A stretch of DNA of 64,000 nucleotides from an uncultured Nannocystis sp. (GTDB taxonomy: Bacteria; Myxococcota_A; Polyangia; Nannocystales; Nannocystaceae), in contig CAYYUP010000014.1 in the NCBI GenBank assembly GCA_964474905.1, positions 28,030 through 92,029 on the forward strand. The letters are read 5' to 3'. Below, piece after piece: positions 8,284-18,147 of this stretch (the first letter of the stretch is position 1; each line of letters begins with the position of its first letter). The notes under the pieces are model-generated. The model made no database searches and was not told the origin of the DNA. It worked only from the letters and a program-made list of their open reading frames with translations. A program made the position numbers and the translations under genes.

Positions 8284-8891
8284 TCGAGCGCGGACGGTTC
8301 TGGACGCGGAGGCGCGCGTGGGCACGGAGTCGATCCGTTGCGCGCATCGATGCTTGAGCGCTCTTTCGATCGCGCTTGGTCCAGAGGCCTGAATCCGCTA
8401 GTTCGGCCGTCAATCGGGTCTCCGCAGCGGCGGAGGGCTCTTTGCAGATGCCCCTAGCGGGTGGCTGGGGGGTGCCCGACAGACGGCGATCCTGTGGCCG
8501 CAGTGCCGACGCAGGGTTCCTGTGGGACCGCGTGCGACGCTTGCCAAAGGGCATATGTCGGGGATGTGCAGCGCATGGCTACCTCAAAGAGCAGCACATC
8601 CTAGGGGAGGGTTGGGGTCCCGTCAATCACGACTTTTGGCCGGTGTTTTCGCGCTGCGAGAACCTGTCTCAACAGACCTGTTGGCATCGGCGCTGAATCG
8701 CAGGACGGGAGGATTGACGGTCCCGTGGAGTCGTCGCGATCGCCCGAAAAAAGTCCAGCGCCGGGGTGTGATTCGCGAGCGCTCTGCGGGTCTTCACGGC
8801 GGCACGATGGCGCGCGTGGGCGCTTGTCGAGCGCCACCACACCGGTGGCGCTTGGCGAGACAATGCCGGCGCTATTCGTTAGTCTGGGCCC

Positions 8892-9695
8892 GTGGCGAGT
8901 CATTTCTCGAGCATCGGCCTGGTCATCGATTCGGTCGACGAGATGTTGAAGGTCGCCGACCGGGCCTCGGTCGATGCCGAGGTTGTCGAGGTCGCAGGCG
9001 GCCGCTATTTGGTGTGGTCCTCGGGCGACGGCCCAGAGCTCTGGTTGCAGCTCGACGACGACGACAACCTGATCGGCATGGCGCCGCATTTTTCAGGGCG
9101 CCATCGCTGGCGTATCGCCCTGGTCGACGAGGTCGAGCGCAGCGATCAGACCGTGCTCGACGGCTCTTTCTACGCCTGGAATTGTCCCGAGGGCGATGAG
9201 CCCGAGGAGGGGCTCTATCCCTTCGTCTTTGACTGTCCCGATCGATCGGTCTTCGGCGAAATTGAGGTTCCGATCTTCGCCAGTGTGCAACTCGCGGCCT
9301 TCGCCCACACGGTCGAGCTTTGGAGTGACATCGACGCCTACGAGGTGGCGATCGCCGAGGAGGACGACTCAGAGCGCCCGCGGCTGGCGTCGATGGCGTT
9401 CATCCCGGCGGGGCTCTTCCGTGCCGAGGATCAGGACGAGCAGTCGCCACCCGAGGCCTTTGCGGTGATCAGCGGCGTCGTACGAGCGGCCAAAGAGTTG
9501 CACAACCCACTCACCGGGCTTCGTTTTCAGTGGGCCGAGATCGCCACGTTTGGCGGAACACTCGACATCGTCATCGACCGTGAGTTGCTCAGCGGGGGTG
9601 CGGTCGAGGCCGGCAATGTCATCGTCGGATCCTTCTGGCTCTCCGGTCAGATCGGTGCCGAGGGTGATGCCGACGAGCCGCGTCTGCTCTCGTAA
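8892..9695 (+). CDS. Hypothetical acidic protein (no recognisable domain)
   Basis: A 267-aa ORF with GC3-rich codon usage and coherent, non-repetitive sequence. GTG start. I recognise no motif in it. Confidence 0.5.
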   Translation: MASHFSSIGLVIDSVDEMLKVADRASVDAEVVEVAGGRYLVWSSGDGPELWLQLDDDDNLIGMAPHFSGRHRWRIALVDEVERSDQTVLDGSFYAWNCPEGDEPEEGLYPFVFDCPDRSVFGEIEVPIFASVQLAAFAHTVELWSDIDAYEVAIAEEDDSERPRLASMAFIPAGLFRAEDQDEQSPPEAFAVISGVVRAAKELHNPLTGLRFQWAEIATFGGTLDIVIDRELLSGGAVEAGNVIVGSFWLSGQIGAEGDADEPRLLS

Positions 9696-9738
9696 AATTT
9701 GGCGACGGGTGCGAGCAGATGGGCCCTTCCCGGGCAGC

Positions 9739-10893
9739 TCAGCGACCCAGGAGTTCGGCGAGCACCTGGACACCGCGACGGACGACATCAGGCCTGGCGG
9801 CGGTGAAGCAGAGCCGGATATGGGTGGGGTAGGGGCCAAAGCTCGGGCCCGGGGCGATCAGCAGCCCGCGGTCCGCAGCCGCTTCGAGCAGGCCCGCGAG
9901 GCCGGTGTTGCCGAGGTGGGCGGCGACGTCGAGGAAGAGAAACGTCGAGCCCGCAGGTGCCGGAACACCCAGGCGGGCCGCGGACTCTTCGCCGATCTCG
10001 CGGTAGCGGCGATGGGCGTCGCGGATCCAGGCTTGCCCGGGTCCGGCAAGCACCCTCGCGGCGGCGATTTGAGCGGCGGTTGGCGTGCTGTAAAAGGTGT
10101 GTGCGGCGATCTTGCGGGCGCTGAGGATCGCCTGCGCGGGCCCCAGTAGGTAACCGCAGCGGTTGCCCGCCATGCCGTAGGCCTTGGAGAACGAGTGGGC
10201 CGCGAAGGTTCGCTCGGGCGCGAGGGGGCGGGTGTGGGTGTGCTCGCCGCGGTAGACGTAGTCTTCGTAGACCTCGTCGGCGAGGATCCAGAGATCGCGT
10301 CCGCGGGCCCAGGTGCAGAGTGCTTCGATCCAGGCGCGGGGCAGCAGCTTCCCCGTCGGGTTGTTTGGCGTATTGAGGTAGACGGCGACTGTGCGCTCGC
10401 TGGCAGCAGCCTCGAGAGCGGCGACCAGGGCCGCGGCATCGTCGATTTCGCCGGCGAATACCGGTACGGGGATCGCTCGCCCGTGGGCTTGGTGGACGAT
10501 GCCGGCGATCAGCGGCCAGTAGGGGGCGAGCAGCAGCACCTCGTCACCGGGGGCGACGATCGCAGCGGTGGCGGCCGAGAGCGCCCCGGTCGCGCCGGCG
10601 GCGACGAGGATGTTCTCGGCGCCGGTCATGGCTCCGTCGCGTTCGCGCACACGCTCGAGGATCGCCTGCAGCAGCAGCGCATGGCCGGCCACCGGCGCGT
10701 AGCGGTGAAGGCCGGGGACCTCGGCGCTCTTTAGGTCCTCCATGCGGCAGCCCTCTGCGGGCTCCAACCAGGTGTCGCCGATGTGCAGCGGGTAGGTTTC
10801 GCCCTGGTACGCGGCGAGGCGAGCTGCGGCAGTCGAGTAGACAGCGCTACGGGACGACGAGGCGGCCTGGGCGATCTCGGGGAAGCGGGGCAT
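9739..10893 (-). CDS. PLP-dependent aminotransferase, class I/II (aspartate/aromatic aminotransferase-like)
   Basis: The PLP-lysine motif HSFSKAYGMAGNRCGY, plus LNTPNNPTGK and ILADEVYEDY, typical of the fold-type I AAT family. Confidence 0.85.
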   Translation of the reverse strand: MPRFPEIAQAASSSRSAVYSTAAARLAAYQGETYPLHIGDTWLEPAEGCRMEDLKSAEVPGLHRYAPVAGHALLLQAILERVRERDGAMTGAENILVAAGATGALSAATAAIVAPGDEVLLLAPYWPLIAGIVHQAHGRAIPVPVFAGEIDDAAALVAALEAAASERTVAVYLNTPNNPTGKLLPRAWIEALCTWARGRDLWILADEVYEDYVYRGEHTHTRPLAPERTFAAHSFSKAYGMAGNRCGYLLGPAQAILSARKIAAHTFYSTPTAAQIAAARVLAGPGQAWIRDAHRRYREIGEESAARLGVPAPAGSTFLFLDVAAHLGNTGLAGLLEAAADRGLLIAPGPSFGPYPTHIRLCFTAARPDVVRRGVQVLAELLGR

Positions 10894-10986
10894 CGGCGGC
10901 GATCTTCTGCGAGTCAGGCGGTCGCGGTCAACGGCGGTCGACGCCTCGCGATCGATGCTTGGATCGACGGACTAGAGTTGTTTGGC

Positions 10987-11454
10987 TCAGCTTCGCGGGC
11001 GGATCCCGCGGGCAGCGAGCGCCGGGTGGATCGTATCGACCAGCTCGCTGTCGATACCTGCGAGTTTGAGGGTCATGGTGCCGACCTTGATGCCCATGCG
11101 GACCATCGAGTTCGCCTCTTTCGAGATGACAAAGAGCATCAAGCCGATCTCGTCGCGCAGGGACATGGCCCACTCGGTGAGGATCTCGCGGGCGGCGGGC
11201 TCGTAGGACCTAAAGTGGGTCCACTCGTGGAGGAAGATCAACCGTTGTCCTGGGGTCCGCGGCAACCGGGCGAGGGCCTCGCTCACCGGGCCGGCGATGA
11301 ACTCTGCCATCGCTGTGCTGATCTCTGTGGTGTCCGTGATTTGGGTGACGAGCCCTGGCGGATCCGTGAACCAAACCCGGAGCCCAGAGGCATCGTGCAC
11401 CATCGCGGGCGGCGTATCTGGAAAGACCGGATGGATCGGGGGTTGGTCGGTCAC
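10987..11454 (-). CDS. Hypothetical protein
   Basis: A 155-aa ORF with normal composition. I recognise no motif. The long opposite-strand ORF 10783..11769 is Arg/Gly-rich and was rejected. Confidence 0.45.
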   Translation of the reverse strand: MTDQPPIHPVFPDTPPAMVHDASGLRVWFTDPPGLVTQITDTTEISTAMAEFIAGPVSEALARLPRTPGQRLIFLHEWTHFRSYEPAAREILTEWAMSLRDEIGLMLFVISKEANSMVRMGIKVGTMTLKLAGIDSELVDTIHPALAARGIRPRS

Positions 11455-11810
11455 CTTAAATCTCGTTCTCTGCCGGTTACGATCCCAGCATCAACATCGA
11501 TGGCTCTGAGCATACCTGTACGCAGGCGATCGCAGGCAGCGGTTATTGCTCTGAGCACAGGTCTTGGCCCGGAGTTTCACGGGCACGTATCAGCGCTGTG
11601 TGTTTGCAAGGCCTGCCGCTCGCGTCCGCGGCGTTATCTGCGCACTCCGGTGATTGCTCCAGTTAGCAGGGGGGCTGAAAGCGGTTTGCAGCAGCCAGCA
11701 GACGGGCCGTTCGATCGAATGTGCACAAACGCACGTGCGAGGTTCGTAGCAGCGCTAGGAAACCCTTGACTCGATTCAAGATCGAGTTATCCTCCGCGTC
11801 CTCTGAACAT

Positions 11811-11884
<74 letters not shown>

Positions 11885-11897
11885 CCCCCCAAAAAGG

Positions 11898-11929
11898 GCG
11901 GCACCCCCTGTGGATGCCGCTCTTTTTTT
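11898..11929 (+). terminator. Rho-independent terminator after tRNA-Gly
   Basis: Stem gcggca (11898-11903) pairing with tgccgc (11915-11920), followed by TCTTTTTTT. Confidence 0.6.
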
Positions 11930-12111
11930 GCGTCTGCCGGTCTTTGGTGGGGTTCAAAACGCTGTTTGTGGGGAAAGGGGAGCCAGGCTCCATCGAAGCC
12001 TCGTTAGGGTGCTTGGGAATAGAACGCAACTTGCGCGGTTGGGTCAAAGCGCATAGCCTCTGCCCTGACCTGGGCCTCGATTTCGTCCCGCTAACGACGC
12101 TGCCGCTGCCG

Positions 12112-12669
12112 ATGATCACCTGCAAACAACCGCGCATACTGCGTGTGCTGCTGACCATGGTCCTTTGGATCGGCGTCAGCGTATCTGCAGCCTGGAGCCC
12201 GCCGGCGGATGTGCGGCCGGCTTCAGCGACGGCCGCGACCACAGATCCCTGGGTCGCTCTCATCGATTACCTCGGCGGTAGCAGGATCTGCGGCGACGGC
12301 GATGACGAAGTCGAGGAGGTCGATGTGCTTTGCGGCGGCGATCTCCTGATCGGCCGTCTGATGATCGATCCCCAGCTCCTGGTGATGCAAAACGGCACCT
12401 GCTCGCGGCTCTTAGAGCAGCTCTTCGGTGATCAGACCTGTGATCCGATGCGCGAGGACTGTGACGGCATTCATCCCAGCGGAGTGCCGCCCAGCCGTAC
12501 CGTCTCGGCGCCGGTCTCCTCGTCTGTTGTGCTGGCCACCACACTCACCGCCTCCTGGCGTCTGGGTGGGTACAGGCTGGCCGTAGCCGCAGGTCGTGAG
12601 CAGATGCCTGCTTCCCAGGTGATAGCTCCGATCTCGCCGCCTCCGCGCGCGCTCGCCACCGTCGTCTAG
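12112..12669 (+). CDS. Hypothetical secreted Cys-containing protein (weak call)
   Basis: The internal ATG gives MITCKQPRILRVLLTMVLWIGVSVSAAW, which is signal-peptide-like. The mature part has several Cys. The 5' part of ORF 11842..12669 overlaps the tRNA and its terminator, so it cannot be coding. Confidence 0.35.
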   Translation: MITCKQPRILRVLLTMVLWIGVSVSAAWSPPADVRPASATAATTDPWVALIDYLGGSRICGDGDDEVEEVDVLCGGDLLIGRLMIDPQLLVMQNGTCSRLLEQLFGDQTCDPMREDCDGIHPSGVPPSRTVSAPVSSSVVLATTLTASWRLGGYRLAVAAGREQMPASQVIAPISPPPRALATVV

Positions 12670-12769
12670 GGGTGAGTCGCTCGGCTCTCGCCCCACGAGC
12701 GTGGTATTGGCGCACGCATTGCCGAGGATCCGGTTTCACGCCCGGATCGCGTGCGCGGGGCGAGCTAAA

Positions 12770-14263
12770 ATGCGAAACAACATTCTCCTAGCGGGACTGG
12801 CCCTTATTCTGGTCAGCGCCTGCGGCGGCGAGAGCCGCGACAACAGGGACCACGGGCACAAACACGCGGCACAGAGCGGCCCGATCGCGCCGATGAAGCG
12901 CTACGCGGTCACGCTCTTGCCGGACGATCACGCGCTCGGTGGGCAAGCGCCGCTGGTCACGGTTGTGCTCTACGCGGACTACGCCTGCCCTCCCTGTGCC
13001 CGAACCTGGGCAGTGCTCGACAACTTGCTCGAGGACTACGGCGACGATCTTCGGGTAGTCGCGCGCAGCATGAGTGCTCCCGGTTTTTCGGCGGGGGAGG
13101 TGGCAGCCGAAGCGGTCAGTGCCGCTGGCGCGCAGGGCGCATTTTGGCCCTTGCACCGGCGCTTTTTTGCCTCGCCACCCGCGAATCGCCAGGCGATCGA
13201 GGCGGCCGTCGCGGATCTGGGTCTCGATGTGGAGCGTTTACGGGATGATCTCGACACCGGCGCGTTCACCGGGTCGCGCCTTCGTCACCGCAGGCAAGCG
13301 CTCGAACTCGGGGTCGCCTTTGGCCCGGTTGCCTTTGTCAACGGCCGGCCGGTGGTTGGCTTTCACGACGAGGCGAGCTGGCACGGGCTCATCGACGAAG
13401 AGATCGATCTCGCAAAAGAGAAGCTCGCAACCGGCACTGCGCGCGCCGAGATCTACGGGGCACTGACAGCCGATGCGGTGGTCGAGCCGATCGCTCTGGA
13501 GGGCGAAGCTGCAGCGGCTCGCGAGGCTCTGCTCGCCAAGTTGCCGCCGCCGGTCGAGCCCGCCATTGGTCCGGAGCCGGACGAGGGCACCCGCTATCAG
13601 GTGCCGCTGGGAGCCTCGCACTACGCCGGCAAGAGCGACGCACCGGTCGTGCTCATCGCTTACATGGACGCCGCGTGTCCGTTTTGTCGGCGCTCCTTGG
13701 CGACTTCGATCGCGGAGATCATCGAGCGCTACAGCGACGATCTTCGGGTCGAAATCCGGCACCTGCCGCTGCCGATCCACCCTACCGCAGAGGGTGCGGC
13801 CCGGGCCGCGATCGCAGCGGAGCGGCAGGGAAAATTTCCCGAGTTCTACCGCGAACTCGTGACCGGCGAGCAGCGCAAGCTCAGCCGGGCGCGCTTCCTG
13901 GCGATCGCTGAATCACTAGGTCTCGATCGAGAGCGTTTCCTCGCCGATCTCGGCGATCCCGAGGTCATCTCGGCGGTCCGAGAGCAGCGCGCCCAGGCGC
14001 TCAAGGCCGGTGTGCAGGCGACGCCGTCCTTCTTTATCAACGGCCGCTTTGTCAGCGGTCATCGCAGCACCGAGGTCTTCGTCGGCTGGATCGACGAGGA
14101 ACTCAGGCTCGTCAACGCCAAGGCTGCAGAGGGCGTACCGCGGGCTGAGATCGCAGCGGCGTTAACACGCGGTGGCGTGCCGCTGCCCGATCACAGTGCC
14201 CCATCGACATCACCCCTAACGAACTCCACTCCTCCCCCTAAACCGACATCAATCCAACGATAG
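12770..14263 (+). CDS. Lipoprotein with two DsbA-like thioredoxin-fold modules
   Basis: The signal and lipobox are MRNNILLAGLALILVSAC. The two modules have active sites YADYACPPCARTW and YMDAACPFCRRS, each followed by a DsbA-type helical insert (QGAFWPLHRRFF / QGKFPEFYRELV). Confidence 0.8.
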   Translation: MRNNILLAGLALILVSACGGESRDNRDHGHKHAAQSGPIAPMKRYAVTLLPDDHALGGQAPLVTVVLYADYACPPCARTWAVLDNLLEDYGDDLRVVARSMSAPGFSAGEVAAEAVSAAGAQGAFWPLHRRFFASPPANRQAIEAAVADLGLDVERLRDDLDTGAFTGSRLRHRRQALELGVAFGPVAFVNGRPVVGFHDEASWHGLIDEEIDLAKEKLATGTARAEIYGALTADAVVEPIALEGEAAAAREALLAKLPPPVEPAIGPEPDEGTRYQVPLGASHYAGKSDAPVVLIAYMDAACPFCRRSLATSIAEIIERYSDDLRVEIRHLPLPIHPTAEGAARAAIAAERQGKFPEFYRELVTGEQRKLSRARFLAIAESLGLDRERFLADLGDPEVISAVREQRAQALKAGVQATPSFFINGRFVSGHRSTEVFVGWIDEELRLVNAKAAEGVPRAEIAAALTRGGVPLPDHSAPSTSPLTNSTPPPKPTSIQR

Positions 14264-14330
14264 CGATAGTTTTCAAGAACTTGGCCGTGAGAGCGGCCCC
14301 AACTAACGTCCCTGACGAACGAGAGAAAAC

Positions 14331-16385
14331 ATGAAGAAGCTCAGCATTTCTACAGCCCTAGTCGCGGCCCTCGCCCTGACCGCAACCGCCAACCTCGCCT
14401 GCACAGGTCAGCGCGGTGGAACTCCGGACAAGTCGGCGGAGGCCGGCGAGGCCGGCAAGACCAAGCTCCTGACGATGGACGACGTCGACGACAAGATCAA
14501 CGACAAGATCACGGGCGAGCGCTTTCGTCTCTCCTATGACAGCACCGACTACTACAAGGGCGCCGAGAACCCGCTGGTGACGATCGTCGAGTTCTCCGAC
14601 TTTCAGTGCCCCTACTGCTCGCGCTTCACCAAGATGCTCGACGAGCTGGTCAAGGATCCCGCCTACGCGAAGGACGTGCGCATCGTCTTCAAGCAGTTCC
14701 CGCTGCCGATGCACAAGAACGCCGACCGGGCTGCGCAGGCGACTCTTGCCGCCGGTGCCCAGGGCAAGTTTTGGGAGATGCACGACAAGCTCTTCGCCAA
14801 CGCCAAGGCGATGAGCGAGGCCGATGTGCTCAAGTACGCCGAGGAGATCGGCCTCGACGTCGAGGCCTTTAAGGCGGACCTCAAGAGCAACAAGTTCGCG
14901 GGCAAGGTCAAGGCCGACATGGATCTCGGCAAGCTCTTTGGCGTGCGCGGCACCCCGAGCTTCTTCATGAACGGTGCCTGGCAGCGCGGTGCGCCGCGGA
15001 CCATCGATGCGCTCAAGCAGATCATCGACGCCCAAAAGAAAGACGCCGAGGCGCTGATCGCCGCCGGCTCCAAGCGCGAGGAGGTCTATGCCCGGATCAT
15101 GCGGGCGGCCGCCGATAAACGGACGCCGCCGAAGCGCGACAAGAAGTCCCAGAAGCGTGCCGGTGCTCCTGATCCCGGTGCGAGCTACGCGGTGCCCGTG
15201 GACGGTCGTCCGGCGGTGGGTCCCGAGGATGCTCTGGTGACGATCATCGAGTACTCGGATTTCCAATGCCCCTTCTGCAGCCGGGTCACGCCGACCATGA
15301 AGCAGATCAAGGAGACCTACCCCGACGACGTGCGCGTGGTCTTTCGGCAGCTGCCTCTGGGCTTCCACGACCGCGCTCGCCCGGCCGCCAAGGCTTCGCT
15401 CGCGGCCGCCCAGCAGGGCAAGTTTTGGGAGATGCACGACAAGCTCTTCGCCAACCAAAAGGCGCTCACCGACGAGAACTTCGTGACTTGGGCCAAGGAG
15501 CTCGGGCTCGACGTCGGCAAGTTCCAGAAGGACATGGCCGATCCCAAGATCGAGCAGATGATCAAGGAGGACGGCGAGATCGCCAAGAAGTTCGGCGCCC
15601 GCGGGACCCCGGCGTTCTTCGTCAACGGTCGCTTTGTCTCCGGCGCTCAGCCCTTCCCGGCCTTTGAGAGCCTGATCAAAGAGGAGAAGGCCAAGGCCGA
15701 GAAGTTCATGAAGGAGAAGGGCGTCGCCAAGAAAGACCTCTACGAGGCGATGCGCAAGGGCTGGGAGACCGAGCTCAAGGTCCCGCCGGCACCGCCGCCC
15801 GCCGATCACAAGCGTCGCGACATCAAGACCGACGGCCTCGCCGGCAAGGGCAACCTCAAGAACCCGCAGGTGACGATCGTCGAGTGCTCGGACTTCGACT
15901 GTCCCTTCTGCAAGCGGGCCACGGGCACGGTCGATCAGATCGCCAAGGAGTACGGCGACAAGGTCGGCATCTACTTCCGCAACTACCCGCTGCCGATGCA
16001 CAAAAATGCGGAGCCCGCCAGCCGGGCCGCGATCGCAGCTCAGGCCCAGGGCAAGTTTTGGGAGATGCACGACGTGCTCTTCGCGAGCCGTGACAAGCGC
16101 AGCGACGAGGACCTCAAGGCGATCGCCGGAGAGCTCGGTCTCGACGTCGATGCTTGGGTCAAGGCCTTCAACGATCCCGCGACCGCCCAGCGGGTCAAGG
16201 ACGACATGGCCGCCTGCTCGGCCGCGAACGTGCGCGGCGCTCCGGGTTTCCTCATCAACGGTCGTCTGCTGAGTGGCGCTCAGCCTTACCCGGTCTTCAA
16301 GACCGTGATCGAAGAGGAACTCAACGGCGGCTTTGAGGCCACCGCCAAGCGCAAGAAGGAAGAGGCCGCCAAAAAGAAGAAGTAG
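14331..16385 (+). CDS. Lipoprotein with three tandem DsbA-like modules
   Basis: The lipobox is LTATANLAC. The three repeats are FSDFQCPYCSRF, YSDFQCPFCSRV and CSDFDCPFCKRA. Each is followed by QGKFWEMHD(K/V)LFA and GxRGTPxFF(M/V/I)NG. Confidence 0.85.
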   Translation: MKKLSISTALVAALALTATANLACTGQRGGTPDKSAEAGEAGKTKLLTMDDVDDKINDKITGERFRLSYDSTDYYKGAENPLVTIVEFSDFQCPYCSRFTKMLDELVKDPAYAKDVRIVFKQFPLPMHKNADRAAQATLAAGAQGKFWEMHDKLFANAKAMSEADVLKYAEEIGLDVEAFKADLKSNKFAGKVKADMDLGKLFGVRGTPSFFMNGAWQRGAPRTIDALKQIIDAQKKDAEALIAAGSKREEVYARIMRAAADKRTPPKRDKKSQKRAGAPDPGASYAVPVDGRPAVGPEDALVTIIEYSDFQCPFCSRVTPTMKQIKETYPDDVRVVFRQLPLGFHDRARPAAKASLAAAQQGKFWEMHDKLFANQKALTDENFVTWAKELGLDVGKFQKDMADPKIEQMIKEDGEIAKKFGARGTPAFFVNGRFVSGAQPFPAFESLIKEEKAKAEKFMKEKGVAKKDLYEAMRKGWETELKVPPAPPPADHKRRDIKTDGLAGKGNLKNPQVTIVECSDFDCPFCKRATGTVDQIAKEYGDKVGIYFRNYPLPMHKNAEPASRAAIAAQAQGKFWEMHDVLFASRDKRSDEDLKAIAGELGLDVDAWVKAFNDPATAQRVKDDMAACSAANVRGAPGFLINGRLLSGAQPYPVFKTVIEEELNGGFEATAKRKKEEAAKKKK

Positions 16386-16507
16386 GCCGTTCTTCTGTCG
16401 GGTCCCCCGCGCCGCCTGTCGCCACTTGGCTAGCTTGCGGTTGCGGGGTACCGACGACCGGCGGCGGGCTCTGACCTGCGTTATCCTGCCGCGGCATTCT
16501 GCCATTT

Positions 16508-16549
16508 GACGAACGAACGAACGATCGAACGATCGAACGATCGAACGAG
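16508..16549. repeat. Microsatellite-like CGAA / CGATCGAA repeat upstream of the third DsbA gene
   Basis: gacgaacgaacgaacgatcgaacgatcgaacgatcgaacgag has a 4-nt periodicity, (cgaa)x3 then (cgatcgaa)x3, and contains three GATC sites. It lies 67-108 nt upstream of the ATG at 16616. Confidence 0.8.
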
Positions 16550-16615
16550 TTGACCCTTTGACGAAGAGTCCGGCGCCTCGCGCCGAGTCACTCCAACGCC
16601 CCCACGAGGCAGCCC

Positions 16616-18145
16616 ATGTCCGAGCCTTCGTCCCCCGATTCATCTGATTCCAAGCCCGAGAGCGCCGCAGAGCCGAGCGCTGCAACGTCGTCCGCTGCTG
16701 GAGCTGCGCCCGCCAAGGGCATGAGCACCCTCGTCGGTGTTCTCGGCTTTGCGCTCACCCTTGCAGGCGGCTTTTACGGCGGCCGCTGGGTCTCTGAGAA
16801 GTACGACGTCAACCCGGTCCGCTGGTTTAAGCAGACCTTCATGGGAGAGCCGGCGCCCAAGCTGCCAGACGGCGAACGCATCCGCGTTTCGCTTCGCGGC
16901 GACGAGCCCCAGCGCGGTCCCGACGATGCGCTCGTCACTCTGATCATCTTTTCGGACTTCCAATGCCCCTACTGCGCCAAAGCGGTCGAGCCCTTAGACA
17001 ACGCCGTCGATGACTTTGGCGACGACGTGCGTGTGCTCTTCAAGCACTATCCGCTGCCCGGCCACACCAAGGCGCTGCCCGCCGCAAAGATGGCCTGGGC
17101 CGCCCACCAGCAGGGGAAATTTTGGGAGGTGCACAACTGGCTCTTTGAGCATAAGGCCGCCTTCAAAGGTTTTGACGAGTTTGCTGCGGGCCTAGGTCTG
17201 GATGTCGCGAGACTCAAGACCGACGCAGACGGGCCTGGGGCCGCCGAGGCGATTGACAGCGATCACCTCGCGGGCGGTCGCGCAGGGGCCGGTGGCACGC
17301 CCTACTTTGTGGTCAATGGCCACCGCTACAGCGGTACCCGTGGCGCCGGTCAGTGGCGCACGATCATCAAGCACGAGCTCGCCGCCGCCGAGGCGCTGAT
17401 CGACGAGGGCACCGCCCCAGCCGATGTCTACAAGGCGCTGATGAAGGACGGCCTCGATGTCTACGGCGACGGCACGCCGATCGGCGGCGCGCCCAGCAAA
17501 CGCGGCGCCAGGCGTCCAGGGGAGCCCGCGGCCGATGTGCACTACCGAGTGACCGCAGACGATCGCCCGGCGCATGGACCCGCGGATGCACTGGTGACGA
17601 TCGTCGCTTTTTCCGACTTCCAGTGCCCCTTCTGCCAGAAGGTCAACGTCACCCTAGATGCGCTCCGGGAGGGCTACGGCGACGATCTGCGGGTGGTCTT
17701 TCGCAACCGTCCGCTCAACTTCCACGCCCAGGCGCGACCGGCTGCGAAGGCCGCGCTCGCGGCCCACAAACAGGGCAAATTTTGGGAGATGCACGATCGC
17801 CTCTTCGACCAGCAAAAAAAGCTCAAGGGCACGCTCTACCGCGAACTCGCCGAGGAACTCGGGCTGGATCTGGACCGCTTTGATGCCGACTTTGCAGACG
17901 CGGAAGGCGAACTCGATCGCATGATCCGCGAGGACGAGCTGCTCGCCTCCAAGTTCGGGGCCAACGGCACTCCGGCGTTCTTCATCAACGGGCGTTACCT
18001 CTCCGGTGCGCGGCCGATCACCTCCTTCAGGGCGACGATCGACGAGGAAATCGCCGACGCCAAGGCCCTGATCAGCGCCGGCACTCCGCGCGATCAGGTG
18101 TTCTCCGCGATCATGGAGAAGGCCGCGACCGAGGTCGAGAAGTAG
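16616..18145 (+). CDS. Membrane-anchored protein with two DsbA-like modules
   Basis: A low-complexity N-terminus precedes a TM helix (LVGVLGFALTLAGGFYGG). The modules are FSDFQCPYCAKA and FSDFQCPFCQKV, with QGKFWE(V/M)H and GTP(Y/A)F motifs. Confidence 0.85.
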   Translation: MSEPSSPDSSDSKPESAAEPSAATSSAAGAAPAKGMSTLVGVLGFALTLAGGFYGGRWVSEKYDVNPVRWFKQTFMGEPAPKLPDGERIRVSLRGDEPQRGPDDALVTLIIFSDFQCPYCAKAVEPLDNAVDDFGDDVRVLFKHYPLPGHTKALPAAKMAWAAHQQGKFWEVHNWLFEHKAAFKGFDEFAAGLGLDVARLKTDADGPGAAEAIDSDHLAGGRAGAGGTPYFVVNGHRYSGTRGAGQWRTIIKHELAAAEALIDEGTAPADVYKALMKDGLDVYGDGTPIGGAPSKRGARRPGEPAADVHYRVTADDRPAHGPADALVTIVAFSDFQCPFCQKVNVTLDALREGYGDDLRVVFRNRPLNFHAQARPAAKAALAAHKQGKFWEMHDRLFDQQKKLKGTLYRELAEELGLDLDRFDADFADAEGELDRMIREDELLASKFGANGTPAFFINGRYLSGARPITSFRATIDEEIADAKALISAGTPRDQVFSAIMEKAATEVEK

Positions 18146-18147
18146 CC

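Noticed and set aside
8168-8863. Several 60-225-aa ORFs on both strands in the 675-bp spacer between the RNA ligase and the acidic hypothetical gene
   Set aside because: All are Arg/Ser/Pro/Gly-rich and mutually overlapping, with no start context or motifs. I treat the region as non-coding.
14358-16685. 775-aa ORF on the minus strand covering the whole triple-DsbA gene
   Set aside because: It is a typical high-GC antisense shadow ORF. It is Arg/Gly/Leu/Val/Asp-rich with no motif. The plus strand encodes three clean CPxC thioredoxin modules with a lipobox.
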